Below, piece after piece: positions 19,841 through 29,832 of a stretch of DNA of 59,063 nucleotides. Origin of the DNA: Oligoflexia bacterium (lineage in GTDB: Bacteria; Bdellovibrionota; Bdellovibrionia; JABDDW01); NCBI GenBank assembly GCA_043732305.1, contig JAYTHU010000195.1, positions 1-59,063 of the forward strand, written 5' to 3'. Below the pieces are notes generated by a model, which did not search any database, was not told the DNA's origin, and was given only the letters and a program-made list of their open reading frames with translations. A program made the translations under genes and the position numbers. Numbering within the stretch: the stretch's first letter is position 1; the number at the start of each line of letters is the position of its first letter.

Positions 19841-21081
19841 AACGGTATCTCAAGTGGGGACTTTTAAGTGTTGCCAGCGGTTTTTTAGCAGGTTGTGCGG
19901 CAGCTGTATTTTTAATTTTACTCAACCTTGCTACCGAATATCGAATTGGACATTTGCAAATCATTTGGTTTTTGCCACTCGCCGGATTTGTCATCGGCTG
20001 GATTTATCATGAGTATGGCAAAGATGTATCAGCCGGAAACAATTTGATTCTCGATGAAATTCACGATCCCAAACAAGTTGTTCCATTGAAAATGGCGCCA
20101 TTTATTTTGATTGGCACAGTTTTAACTCATCTTTTTGGAGGCTCGGCAGGGCGAGAAGGCACGGCCGTGCAAATGGGCGGATCACTGTCAGATCAGCTTT
20201 CAAAAATTATTCCAGAGAAATGGTTTGTGATAGAAAAGGTCGAGCGTAAAATCTTACTCATCACGGGAATGGGCGCGGGATTCGGCGCAGCCATAGGCGC
20301 TCCTTGGGCGGGAATTGTATTTGGAATGGAAGTGGTGAATAGTGGAAAACTTCAGTGGTTTGCACTTTTTGAATGCGCGATTGCTTCCTTCACAGCTTAC
20401 TACACAACCGTTTTATTGCGCGCTCCACATACTCATTATCCTCAGTTTGACATTCCGTCTCTGCAATGGAAAACACTTTTCTTTGTAGCCGTTGCCGGGA
20501 TAATTTTCGGTTTTGCCGGAAGGCTTTTTGTGCTGATCACGCACCTGGTTGAGAATTTTTTAAACTCGAAAATTAAATATCCACCGTTAAAACCTTTTTT
20601 AGCGGGACTGCTAATCGTTTTTTTGTTTTGGCTCGAAGGCTCATACATTTATGCAGGACTTGGACTTTCTCATATTCAAGAAGCTCTTCAGAACTTAGTT
20701 TCGTTTAAGCTACCTCTTCTGAAAGCGGGTTTCACCGCGCTCACCGTCGGCTCTGGATTCAAAGGCGGAGAATTTATTCCTCTCGTGTTTATCGGAGCGA
20801 CACTTGGTAGCGCTTTAAGCACTATCATTCCCGTTTCCCTGCCCTTGCTTTCGAGCATGGGATTTTCCGCTATCTTTGCAGGGGTTTCAAACACCCCCAT
20901 CGCGTGCACTCTTATGACCATGGAAATTTTCGGTTGGCGCACGGGACTTTACGCTTTGATCGCATGTTTCATGAGTTATTATTCCTCCGGCTATACCGGA
21001 ATTTATAAGTCCCAAAAGAGAGGCGACAAATACATCCCAAGCACCAGGTGGAAATTGGCGAAGATTCCCCGAGTATCGTAA
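19828..21081 (+). CDS. CLC-F-type (EriC) fluoride/chloride transporter
   Basis: GNNLI and GREGT signatures of the CLC-F clade; the third motif is GEFIP instead of GEVTP. Confidence 0.85.
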   Translation: MLIVKRYLKWGLLSVASGFLAGCAAAVFLILLNLATEYRIGHLQIIWFLPLAGFVIGWIYHEYGKDVSAGNNLILDEIHDPKQVVPLKMAPFILIGTVLTHLFGGSAGREGTAVQMGGSLSDQLSKIIPEKWFVIEKVERKILLITGMGAGFGAAIGAPWAGIVFGMEVVNSGKLQWFALFECAIASFTAYYTTVLLRAPHTHYPQFDIPSLQWKTLFFVAVAGIIFGFAGRLFVLITHLVENFLNSKIKYPPLKPFLAGLLIVFLFWLEGSYIYAGLGLSHIQEALQNLVSFKLPLLKAGFTALTVGSGFKGGEFIPLVFIGATLGSALSTIIPVSLPLLSSMGFSAIFAGVSNTPIACTLMTMEIFGWRTGLYALIACFMSYYSSGYTGIYKSQKRGDKYIPSTRWKLAKIPRVS

Positions 21082-21198
21082 GTGCGATCATAGAGGCTCC
21101 CAAAGATTCAAAAATTAAATATGAACTAGACAAAAAAGCGGCCTTATAAAGCGGTACATACGGATGATCCAGAGTTCTCTCACATCCGAAGTGATTAG
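21030..21198 (+). pseudogene. ppa: Remnant of family I inorganic pyrophosphatase
   Basis: Hand translation gives IHPKHQVEIGEDSPSIVSAIIEAPKDSKIKYELDKK, then a frameshift and AVHTDDPEFSHI*. The catalytic middle (D-x-D-x-x-D region) is missing. Confidence 0.8.
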
Positions 21199-21254
21199 AC
21201 TGGCTATTTCCCTCTATAGTAAGTTAAAAACTACGCTTATCTAAAGGAGTTTTT

Positions 21255-21659
21255 GTGGTTAAAATGCAAGTCACTTATCAGGGTCAAAAACACTGTGAAC
21301 TCATTCACGAGCCCTCACAATCTAAAATTGAGACTGATGCTCCAAAGGACAATCAAGGCAAAGGCGAAAGATTTTCTCCTACGGATCTCGTTGGCGCCGC
21401 CTTGGGCAGCTGCATTTTAACCACCATGGCGATTGTGGCTGAACGAAGTGGAATTGAACTTTCGGGTTGCAAGGCCAGTGTAGAAAAAAACATGGCCGAT
21501 AAGCCACGCCGAATTCAATCTCTCAGTGTTCACATCACCATGTCTAAAACTTTAACGGAAGAACACCGACGTAAAATGGAAGAGACCGCTAAACACTGCC
21601 CCGTTCATAAAAGCTTGCATCCTGATGTGCAAATGCCCATCACATTTGAATACGTCTAG
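21255..21659 (+). CDS. OsmC-family protein
   Basis: TDAP.DN.G.G..FSPTDL..ALGSC and CPVHKSL; SD AAGGAG. Confidence 0.9.
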   Translation: MVKMQVTYQGQKHCELIHEPSQSKIETDAPKDNQGKGERFSPTDLVGAALGSCILTTMAIVAERSGIELSGCKASVEKNMADKPRRIQSLSVHITMSKTLTEEHRRKMEETAKHCPVHKSLHPDVQMPITFEYV

Positions 21660-21661
21660 AG

Positions 21662-23518
21662 ATGGGAAATCTTCTCCAACTCCATAACGGTGTCAAAGGT
21701 TACGGAACAAAACTTTTATTTGAAGACGCACAATTTTCCATAAACGATGGCGAACATGTTGGCGTCATTGGCCCCAACGGCGCGGGAAAGACAACTCTTT
21801 TTAAAATTCTCACCAATCAAGAAACTCTTGATGGTGGTCGGATAATCAAATCCAATTCTCTACGCTTAGGTTATTTGGCTCAGCATGATGCTTGGCGCCC
21901 AGATCAAACAATTGAAGATTATCTTTCATCAGATTGCGTCACTCCTCTGTGGGAACTCAAAGCGTTGGGCGTAAAGTTGGGTCTGACAGAAGATCTTTAT
22001 CAAAAGCCAGTCAGTTCTTTGAGCGGTGGCTTTCGTATGCGCTGCAAACTTTTGTATTTGATTGGTCAAGACCCCAATCTCATGCTCCTGGATGAACCTA
22101 CGAATTACCTGGATCTTGAAACCACTCTTGTGCTTGAAGAATTTTTACAAGGCTACAAAGGCGCATTTCTACTTGTGTCCCATGATAGAGAATTTCTGCG
22201 AAGAACCACCGATCATATTTTGGAAGTCGAGCAAGGCGAGATCACAAAGTATAATGGAAACTTGGATGATTACTTCGAGCAAAAGAAAATGCTCCGTGAG
22301 CAATTAGAGACTCGCGCGGGATCACTTCAAGATAAAAAAGACGAGATTCTGAAATTCGTTGCTCGCTTCGGAGCCAAAGCTACGAAAGCAAAACAAGCGC
22401 AGTCACGTCTTAAAAGTTTAGATCGAATGGAAACAATCGATCTCAAGGAACTTCCTGTCACCGCGACCATTAAAATTCCTGAGCCATTCAAAACCGGGAA
22501 ACTCACTCTAGAAATTAAAGAAGCCGACCTCGGTTATGCCGATCGCACTATTTTAAGAGACGTGAATTACATTTTAAAAAATGGTGATCATCTGGCAATC
22601 GTAGGATTAAACGGTGCCGGTAAATCTACGTTTCTAAAAGCAATTGCTGGGGCGATGACACCCCAACACGGTCGCATTGATTTGGGTCTCAATGTGACGA
22701 TCGGTTATTACGCTCAGCATGTGGCGGAAAGTTTAGATCATACCAGTCACGTGATGGCTCAGATGATGCTAAAAGCACATCCTGATATCACGCCACAAGA
22801 TGGTCTCGCTATGGCGGGGTCTTTGCTCTTTTCTGGTGTAGACACACGAAAGAAAATTTCCGTTCTCTCAGGAGGTGAAAAATCACGTGTGGCCTTGGGT
22901 CAAATTTTACTTCAGCGAGCTCCCTGCTTAGTTCTCGATGAACCTACCAACCATTTGGATTTTCAAACGGTGGAAGCGCTCACTCAAGCTCTGACTCAGT
23001 TCACGGGAACAGTTGTGGTCGTTAGCCATGATCGAAGCTTTATCAGGCGCATCGGTAAAAAAATCATCGAGATCAACCACGGACAAGTAACAACCTATCC
23101 TGGAACTTATGATGATTATATCTGGAGCGTTCAACACGGAGAACTTTCGAAGAGACAAGCTCCCGTCGTCCAAAATCATGCTCCACGTCGCACGGAAGTT
23201 AAGGCGGATGCCGAGACCACTGAGGATAAATCAAATTCGGGCAGTGGAAATTACCGAGAAGTAAAAAAAAATCTTGAGCGAGAATTAAAAACGAGCGAAA
23301 AAACTTTAGCTGATCTTGATGTAAAAGTTAAAATTCTAAACAAGAAGCTTCAGGAATTAAATGAGTCACTCGAGAATTGTTCCGGCGAAGATCAGCGCAA
23401 AGCTATTTTAGAAATTGGAGTGACCCAATCCGCTATCGATAAATTTGAAGCAGAATGGTTCAAAGCTTCCGAGAAAAAAGAACAATCGGAAACAGCCCTT
23501 CAAGAACTTACTAAATAA
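21662..23518 (+). CDS. ABC-F ATPase (YheS-like)
   Basis: Two ABC cassettes, RFGAKATKAKQAQS linker, no TM segments. Confidence 0.93.
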   Translation: MGNLLQLHNGVKGYGTKLLFEDAQFSINDGEHVGVIGPNGAGKTTLFKILTNQETLDGGRIIKSNSLRLGYLAQHDAWRPDQTIEDYLSSDCVTPLWELKALGVKLGLTEDLYQKPVSSLSGGFRMRCKLLYLIGQDPNLMLLDEPTNYLDLETTLVLEEFLQGYKGAFLLVSHDREFLRRTTDHILEVEQGEITKYNGNLDDYFEQKKMLREQLETRAGSLQDKKDEILKFVARFGAKATKAKQAQSRLKSLDRMETIDLKELPVTATIKIPEPFKTGKLTLEIKEADLGYADRTILRDVNYILKNGDHLAIVGLNGAGKSTFLKAIAGAMTPQHGRIDLGLNVTIGYYAQHVAESLDHTSHVMAQMMLKAHPDITPQDGLAMAGSLLFSGVDTRKKISVLSGGEKSRVALGQILLQRAPCLVLDEPTNHLDFQTVEALTQALTQFTGTVVVVSHDRSFIRRIGKKIIEINHGQVTTYPGTYDDYIWSVQHGELSKRQAPVVQNHAPRRTEVKADAETTEDKSNSGSGNYREVKKNLERELKTSEKTLADLDVKVKILNKKLQELNESLENCSGEDQRKAILEIGVTQSAIDKFEAEWFKASEKKEQSETALQELTK

Positions 23519-23539
23519 ATTTAGGAATCATCCAAGGAG

Positions 23540-24007
23540 ATGAGCTTGCTCCATATTTTCATCGACGGTGATGGTTGTCCTCTCAAAGACGAAATTTATC
23601 AAGTAGCTACCCGCTACAAACTCTCCGTCACGTTAGTGGCCAATCAAAACATGCGCATACCCTTCGACCCTTTGGTAAATATTGTGGTTGTCCCCGGGAA
23701 TTTTGATGCGGCCGACGATTGGATTGCCGAAAACATTCAAGCTCATGACATCTGTATCACCGGAGACATTCCATTGGCCGATCGATGTGTGAAAAAAAAT
23801 GCACGAGTTTTAGGGCATAAGGGAAATGAATTTACTCCAGAAAACATTGGAGATGCTGTAGCTACGCGTGAGTTGATGAGTCAACTTCGCATGACAGGAG
23901 AAGCCAAAGGCGGACCGGCACCGATGAATAAAAAAGATCGATCGATGTTTTTAGCTAAATTAGATCAGGTTATTCAATCTCTCCGGAGACTGCAGCCGGT
24001 CTCTTAG
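23540..24007 (+). CDS. YaiI/YqxD (DUF188) family protein
   Basis: [17 protein letters not shown] and ITGDIPLA motifs. Confidence 0.92.
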   Translation: MSLLHIFIDGDGCPLKDEIYQVATRYKLSVTLVANQNMRIPFDPLVNIVVVPGNFDAADDWIAENIQAHDICITGDIPLADRCVKKNARVLGHKGNEFTPENIGDAVATRELMSQLRMTGEAKGGPAPMNKKDRSMFLAKLDQVIQSLRRLQPVS

Positions 24008-24383
24008 TATAGAGATAGGCCCAGTAAATCAAAACACCTTGAAGCGGAAGTCGAATAAGCTCCACAGCTTGAGAGACGTGACTCCCACCAGGAGAAATAT
24101 CCGCATACCACATGTAAATGTTTGCCGGAAAAATCGCAATCAACAGAGCTATTACTCCCCACGCAGCCAACCAACGCACAGGCTTTACAAAAAGCGCCAG
24201 CCCAAGAAAAATTTCAGCGATACCTGAAAGTTGCACCATCAATGCATGTGCAGGGATGAAAGGCGGCATAATTGCCAGATAAAATCTGGGATTTCGAAAA
24301 TGATTCAATCCGGCGAAGACATACAGAATTGCCATGACAGTTAGACTCATCGCTTTTATTTTTGTTTTCAATTGAACGGTCAT
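23970..24383 (-). CDS. DoxX-like membrane protein
   Basis: [21 protein letters not shown] and RLPLQ motifs; ATG 24383 preferred. Confidence 0.85.
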   Translation of the reverse strand: MTVQLKTKIKAMSLTVMAILYVFAGLNHFRNPRFYLAIMPPFIPAHALMVQLSGIAEIFLGLALFVKPVRWLAAWGVIALLIAIFPANIYMWYADISPGGSHVSQAVELIRLPLQGVLIYWAYLYTKRPAAVSGEIE

Positions 24384-24442
24384 TTCAATCCTTAAGTTGT
24401 TTATTGTATCAAAAAAGTAAACCACGCCGTTAGAATAAGCCA

Positions 24443-25264
24443 ATGAGAAAACTAATTTGGACAATCATTATTTTCAGTTTGTTCGGGGTAATACTCTTCT
24501 TCAAATCTGGAAAAGGCCATTTCAATTACATCGTCCAGAAAGACATCGTCTTTAAAACTGTCGATGGCATCGACCTCAAGGCGGATATTTATCTTCCAGA
24601 TTACAGTGGAAAGAAACCTGGAGTGTTAGTAGTTCACGGTGGGGGTTGGGATAAAATATCTGGAGACATGACTACAATTTGCAAAGATTTAGCTCGAGCA
24701 GGATTTGTAGCATTTAATATCAATTATCGTTTGGCACCGGTTTCGCTCTATCCTAAATCCTCAGAAGATGTTCTCGATGGAGCGAAATGGTTTAAGAAAA
24801 ATGCGGAAAAATTTTTTGTCGATCCGAGTCGCATTGGGGCATGGGGATATTCGGCGGGGTCACAACTAGTCTTGCTTCTTGGGCTCAATCCAGAAAATGG
24901 TATTCGCGCGATTGTGAGTGGCGGAACACCAGCGTATTTCCCATACTGGCCTCACTCACCAATCATCACCAAATTCATTGGCGCCTCTTATCAAGAAAAA
25001 CCGGAGATATGGCTTGCAGCCTCTCCACTCACACATGTTCAAGCCAATTCACCGCCAGTTTTTCTCTATAACGGCCAGTGGGATCGACTTGTCGATGTGG
25101 ATCAGATGTATATGTTGAAAGATGCGCTGATCAAAAAACATCGCGAGATTGAAACGTATGTGGCTCCGTTCATGGGACACATCACCACATATTTATTCAG
25201 CCAAGAATCCATCGATCTAGGGATAGAATTTCTTAGCAGGCATCTTCATCCCATCACGCTTTAA
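24443..25264 (+). CDS. Alpha/beta hydrolase (HSL-like esterase) with an N-terminal signal/anchor
   Basis: HGGGW, NYRLAP, GYSAG nucleophile, plus catalytic Asp and GH. Confidence 0.9.
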   Translation: MRKLIWTIIIFSLFGVILFFKSGKGHFNYIVQKDIVFKTVDGIDLKADIYLPDYSGKKPGVLVVHGGGWDKISGDMTTICKDLARAGFVAFNINYRLAPVSLYPKSSEDVLDGAKWFKKNAEKFFVDPSRIGAWGYSAGSQLVLLLGLNPENGIRAIVSGGTPAYFPYWPHSPIITKFIGASYQEKPEIWLAASPLTHVQANSPPVFLYNGQWDRLVDVDQMYMLKDALIKKHREIETYVAPFMGHITTYLFSQESIDLGIEFLSRHLHPITL

Positions 25265-26251
<987 letters not shown>

Positions 26252-26384
26252 TATTTAACTCCTTTTAAAATAGTTTAAAGATTACTTTTTTTGAGGCAAA
26301 GTTTCTCATCTATTTTTATGCAAGACAGCCTCCTGAAGTTGAATTAAACCTATACTATATTATTCACTCAAAAAAGGAAGTTAT

Positions 26385-27416
26385 ATGGAGCACAGAAGAC
26401 TCGGTCATTCAGGTTTAAAAGTCCCCGTGTTTAGTTTCGGCACCGCAACCTTCGGCGGGTCTACGGAATTCTTCAAAGCGTGGGGAAGTACTGATGTTAA
26501 AGAGGCCACGAGATTAGTTGATGTTTGCCTTGAGGCGGGTCTAAATTTTTTTGACACTGCTAATGGATATTCAAATGGAATGGCAGAAGAAATTCTCGGG
26601 AAAGCGCTCGCAGGCAAACGTTCCCAAGTATTAATTTCAACCAAGGCCACCTTCCCAATAGGGGAAGGCCCAAATGAATTTGGTTCATCACGACAACACA
26701 TTTTACAAAGCTGCGACGCAAGTCTCAAAAGATTAGGTATTGATCACATAGATGTTTATCACATGCATGGATTTGATGCCCATACACCTGTCGAGGAAAC
26801 TTTACGTACTTTGGATGACCTTGTTCAAAGTGGTAAAGTGAGGTACATCGCTTGTTCAAATTTTTCTGGATGGCATTTAATGAAATCACTTTCAACATCT
26901 GAGAAATACGGTTGGAATAAATATATTGCTCATCAAGCTTATTATTCTCTAGTGGGCCGCGAACTGGAATGGGAACTCATGCCACTTTGTCTTGATCAGG
27001 GAGTGGGAACAATTGTATGGAGTCCTCTCGCAGGCGGTGCATTGAGTGGGAAAATCAGACGCGGGAAAACCCCACCCAAAGATAGTCGATTGGGACAAAT
27101 CTCGTTTGTTCCATACGAAGAAGAAGTTTTACACAAAGTCGTCGACACTCTTGAAATCATCGCAAAAGAAAAAGAAAAAACAATTCCCCAAGTGGCACTC
27201 AATTGGTTGCTTAGACGGCCTACAGTTTCAAATATCGTTATTGGTGCTCGCAATGAAGAGCAGTTACGGCAAAATCTTGGGGCTCTGGGCTGGACTTTAA
27301 GCGTTGACGATATATCAAGATTAGATATTGCGAGCGAAGTGAGACCTCTCTACCCGTATTGGCATCAACGCGGCTTCCCTCAGCTGATGAGATCTTTCGT
27401 GCCGCGGGCCCAGTAA
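26385..27416 (+). CDS. Aldo/keto reductase
   Basis: DTANGY, ISTK, SLKRL..DHID and WSPLAGG motifs. Confidence 0.95.
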   Translation: MEHRRLGHSGLKVPVFSFGTATFGGSTEFFKAWGSTDVKEATRLVDVCLEAGLNFFDTANGYSNGMAEEILGKALAGKRSQVLISTKATFPIGEGPNEFGSSRQHILQSCDASLKRLGIDHIDVYHMHGFDAHTPVEETLRTLDDLVQSGKVRYIACSNFSGWHLMKSLSTSEKYGWNKYIAHQAYYSLVGRELEWELMPLCLDQGVGTIVWSPLAGGALSGKIRRGKTPPKDSRLGQISFVPYEEEVLHKVVDTLEIIAKEKEKTIPQVALNWLLRRPTVSNIVIGARNEEQLRQNLGALGWTLSVDDISRLDIASEVRPLYPYWHQRGFPQLMRSFVPRAQ

Positions 27417-27420
27417 ATAT

Positions 27421-28146
27421 CTATTCTCCGATTTTAGGAATCGTGGCGAGAGCACCTTTGGCGATAGCCTTGGGAACGTATTTGCTTTTTGGCAAAGCTT
27501 TTTCCTCAATGACTTCTTTTGCGGATGCGTTTTTTTTCTTCGAAATATAACCAGGGAGACTTTGAGCTTTGCGAGATTTTGCGAGACGCATGGCTTTAAT
27601 TCGAGCCTTGTGAAATCCTTTGCGACCTTGAATATCTAAAAGCTTATGCGATCTGAAAAGATCGGCCCAGCGAAATTCCGCAAATGTTTCATTTGAGTTT
27701 TCATAGCCACCTTCTTTCCTAACAATCCATGCAAGACTTCGGTATGGATCATCAGCCATTCCGCGCACATCCATTGGCAAATACAATGGGTGACGAGGGC
27801 CTTGACCAAATTGATCATACAAATAGGCGTAATTTAATTTAGTCATTTTCCGCCAAAAGCCAGAGTAGGTCATTGATTTATTTTTGGAAAAATCTCGAAC
27901 CACTTTCACTCTCACACAATCAATATTCGCGTGCCAGCACGCAAAAAGAAAGTGATGGTGGTCAATCACACACAATTCTTTCCACGGCGATATAACAATT
28001 GGTATTGGAGTTTTTTCTATCAACTTAAGAAGTTTTTTCTTTTTTAATTTTTGCATCTCGATGACCTTGTATTCCACTTCAACCAGTCCAACGGAAAACT
28101 GAGTAGGCTTCAATGAGAGGGTAGGTTGAAACTTCTTGATTTTCAA
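27421..28146 (-). CDS. ParB-like (ParBc_2-type) protein
   Basis: LKPTQFSVG..EV, IDHHH, DDPYRSLAW and FAEF.WAD motifs; start uncertain because GTG 28206 lies in a GCCACCC/GGGTGGC hairpin. Confidence 0.82.
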   Translation of the reverse strand: MKIKKFQPTLSLKPTQFSVGLVEVEYKVIEMQKLKKKKLLKLIEKTPIPIVISPWKELCVIDHHHFLFACWHANIDCVRVKVVRDFSKNKSMTYSGFWRKMTKLNYAYLYDQFGQGPRHPLYLPMDVRGMADDPYRSLAWIVRKEGGYENSNETFAEFRWADLFRSHKLLDIQGRKGFHKARIKAMRLAKSRKAQSLPGYISKKKNASAKEVIEEKALPKSKYVPKAIAKGALATIPKIGE

Positions 28147-28254
28147 CGACAGCCTCGAAGAACGAAAATGAGAAATAACACGGAACCTGGAACGCCGAAC
28201 AGCCACCCGATAAGATAGGGGGTGGCCGAGCCGCCTTCTTTGTTACGCTTTGTT

Positions 28255-28503
28255 TTAAGATAATTTTTCATTAGAATTTTCGTGAGCCGATTTTTTCAAA
28301 ACCTTATTGTTTAGAACGTAAACGCCGACACTAAGGGCTGCCAGTGCGGGAATGACGGTCTTCCAATTTGACTTCACAAACTGGGCAATACCTTTGACTC
28401 TTTCACTGGAGACGCCGATATTTTCCAGACCATCTTTGAGGTGTGGCTCTGCGTCTACAAGATCTTTGATAGTACCAAATTCGTGTTGCACTTTTGCTTT
28501 CAT
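28255..28503 (-). CDS. Small hypothetical protein with a C-proximal TM anchor
   Basis: SD AAGGAG, hydrophobic IPALAALSVGVYVL, upstream sigma-54 site. Confidence 0.75.
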   Translation of the reverse strand: MKAKVQHEFGTIKDLVDAEPHLKDGLENIGVSSERVKGIAQFVKSNWKTVIPALAALSVGVYVLNNKVLKKSAHENSNEKLS

Positions 28504-28545
28504 TTTAGTCTCCTTATTTGGTTTAAAAATTCTATAATTATTGAT

Positions 28546-28561
28546 TGCAAGAAGGTCGCCA
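28546..28561 (-). promoter_or_regulatory. Sigma-54 -24/-12 promoter
   Basis: TGGCGACCTTCTTGCA, 42 bp before ATG 28503. Confidence 0.78.
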
Positions 28562-28589
28562 CCGCTTCATTTGCATTTACAAGAAGGAA

Positions 28590-28606
28590 GGTGACTTATT
28601 TCCACA
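28590..28606. promoter_or_regulatory. Candidate enhancer (bEBP-binding) site between two divergent sigma-54 promoters
   Basis: GGTGACTTATTTCCACA resembles TGCGACATTTTTCCACA (reverse complement of 36036-36052). Confidence 0.45.
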
Positions 28607-28674
28607 TCAAAACTTGATTCCGGGGATTTTTGGTCCATCGATCGATTGCTTGGAGTTACATTTGATCTCACGCA

Positions 28675-28690
28675 TGGCATGCACAGTGCA
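28675..28690 (+). promoter_or_regulatory. Sigma-54 -24/-12 promoter for the CsbD-family gene
   Basis: TGGCATGCACAGTGCA (GG-N10-GC), 50 bp before ATG 28741. Confidence 0.72.
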
Positions 28691-28740
28691 AAAGAACGCT
28701 GAAAGAATCTAATCAATTAATTTTCTTGAAAGGAATTTTT

Positions 28741-29070
28741 ATGAGTAACAATAATGAAACAACTTCGACCACGTCTACACAAGATAAAGTTTCCGGCACA
28801 TTTGATCAAGCAGTTGGAGCCACCAAAAAGTTCGCAGGCAAAATCCTTGATGATAAAGAAATGCAATCTGAGGGCAGCGCCCAGAACGCTTCTGGAAAAG
28901 CAGAAAAGTTTATGGGAGATGTAAAATCTAAGATTCAAGAAGGCACCCACGCTCTTGGCGACAGTATTGAGAAGGTTGGCACCAAACTTCAGGAAAAAGG
29001 ATTTGAGAAGACTGGCGGGATGATTCATAACGCTGGTGACAAAATTGAACACGTAACGGACAAACGATAA
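28741..29070 (+). CDS. CsbD-family general stress protein
   Basis: DKVSGTFDQAVGATKKFAGKILDDKEMQSEGSAQNASGKAEKFMG pattern. Confidence 0.88.
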   Translation: MSNNNETTSTTSTQDKVSGTFDQAVGATKKFAGKILDDKEMQSEGSAQNASGKAEKFMGDVKSKIQEGTHALGDSIEKVGTKLQEKGFEKTGGMIHNAGDKIEHVTDKR

Positions 29071-29088
29071 TTTCACTCGGAGGTATTT

Positions 29089-29751
29089 ATGTGTAGTTAT
29101 AGTAAATTCTTTGTAGCGTCTTCTATTCTAGTCGGCTTTATGTCGGGTGTGGCTCAAGCAGCATCCGATTATAATATGAGTGAATCCAGCTTGCCCACTC
29201 GCACAGCTTCTTCAGAGGGAAGATTTGCCCGCAGACTTATGGTCGAAGGCGCACTTCTCAATGCAGGTTTTGAAGGTGGCGACAACTCCCGTCATAATCA
29301 ACCGAACGGATACAGTGCGGGTCTATTAGGAGATTTTATTGGAACAGGCCTGATTGTCATGGAAGCAGGGGCTTTGTATCGTCAGATGGGAACGACTCCC
29401 CAAAACGGTTTTGGAAATAATTCTTTCACTGCAAATTATATTTCTGTGCCCCTCAGCGCAAAATATTATTTCACCAGCCAAGAATTTTCTTCGCTCTATG
29501 TTAAAGCGGGATATATGGGATCAACTTTGATTTCAAATAATACTTATTACTCCAGCCCGACGAGACAACTTGGAGCCCAACAATGGGAAAGCGCAGTGCT
29601 CGGCGGAATTGGATACAAAATCAATTTGGGATCCAGCACGGACATATTAGTCGAAGCTAATTATAACCGCGGATTAGATAGTGTGTTCGCTGATTCAAAT
29701 GTGTATCGCTCTGATGTGAGTGGAGCACTTGGATTTGCAATGAACCTTTAA
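29089..29751 (+). CDS. Outer-membrane beta-barrel (porin-like) protein
   Basis: Signal peptide, amphipathic strands (YISVPLSAKYY, GIGYKI, EANYNRGL); SD GGAGG. Confidence 0.82.
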   Translation: MCSYSKFFVASSILVGFMSGVAQAASDYNMSESSLPTRTASSEGRFARRLMVEGALLNAGFEGGDNSRHNQPNGYSAGLLGDFIGTGLIVMEAGALYRQMGTTPQNGFGNNSFTANYISVPLSAKYYFTSQEFSSLYVKAGYMGSTLISNNTYYSSPTRQLGAQQWESAVLGGIGYKINLGSSTDILVEANYNRGLDSVFADSNVYRSDVSGALGFAMNL

Positions 29752-29784
29752 TAAAAATGCCTTATTGAAGTCAGTGTCTTCGTC

Positions 29785-29814
29785 ATGGCGGTCTTCATTG
29801 ACCGCCATTTTTTT
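29785..29814 (+). terminator. Intrinsic terminator after the CsbD/OMP genes
   Basis: ATGGCGGTC-TTCATT-GACCGCCAT followed by TTTTTT. Confidence 0.88.
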
Positions 29815-29832
29815 AATTTCGGCAAGGTAGAA

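Noticed and set aside
26319..26334. Additional GG-N10-GC element (AGGAGGCTGTCTTGCA, minus strand) before the AKR pseudogene
   Set aside because: The -24 half lacks the TGG core; too weak to call
28717..29076. Antisense or overlapping short ORFs in the track (e.g. 28717-29076, 7829-8200, 37664-38170, 51315-51791)
   Set aside because: Shadow ORFs opposite well-supported genes, with no recognisable motifs
29785..29832. Tracked kinase start at ATG 29785
   Set aside because: It lies in the stem of a clear intrinsic terminator; ATG 29833 with an upstream AAGG is more plausible
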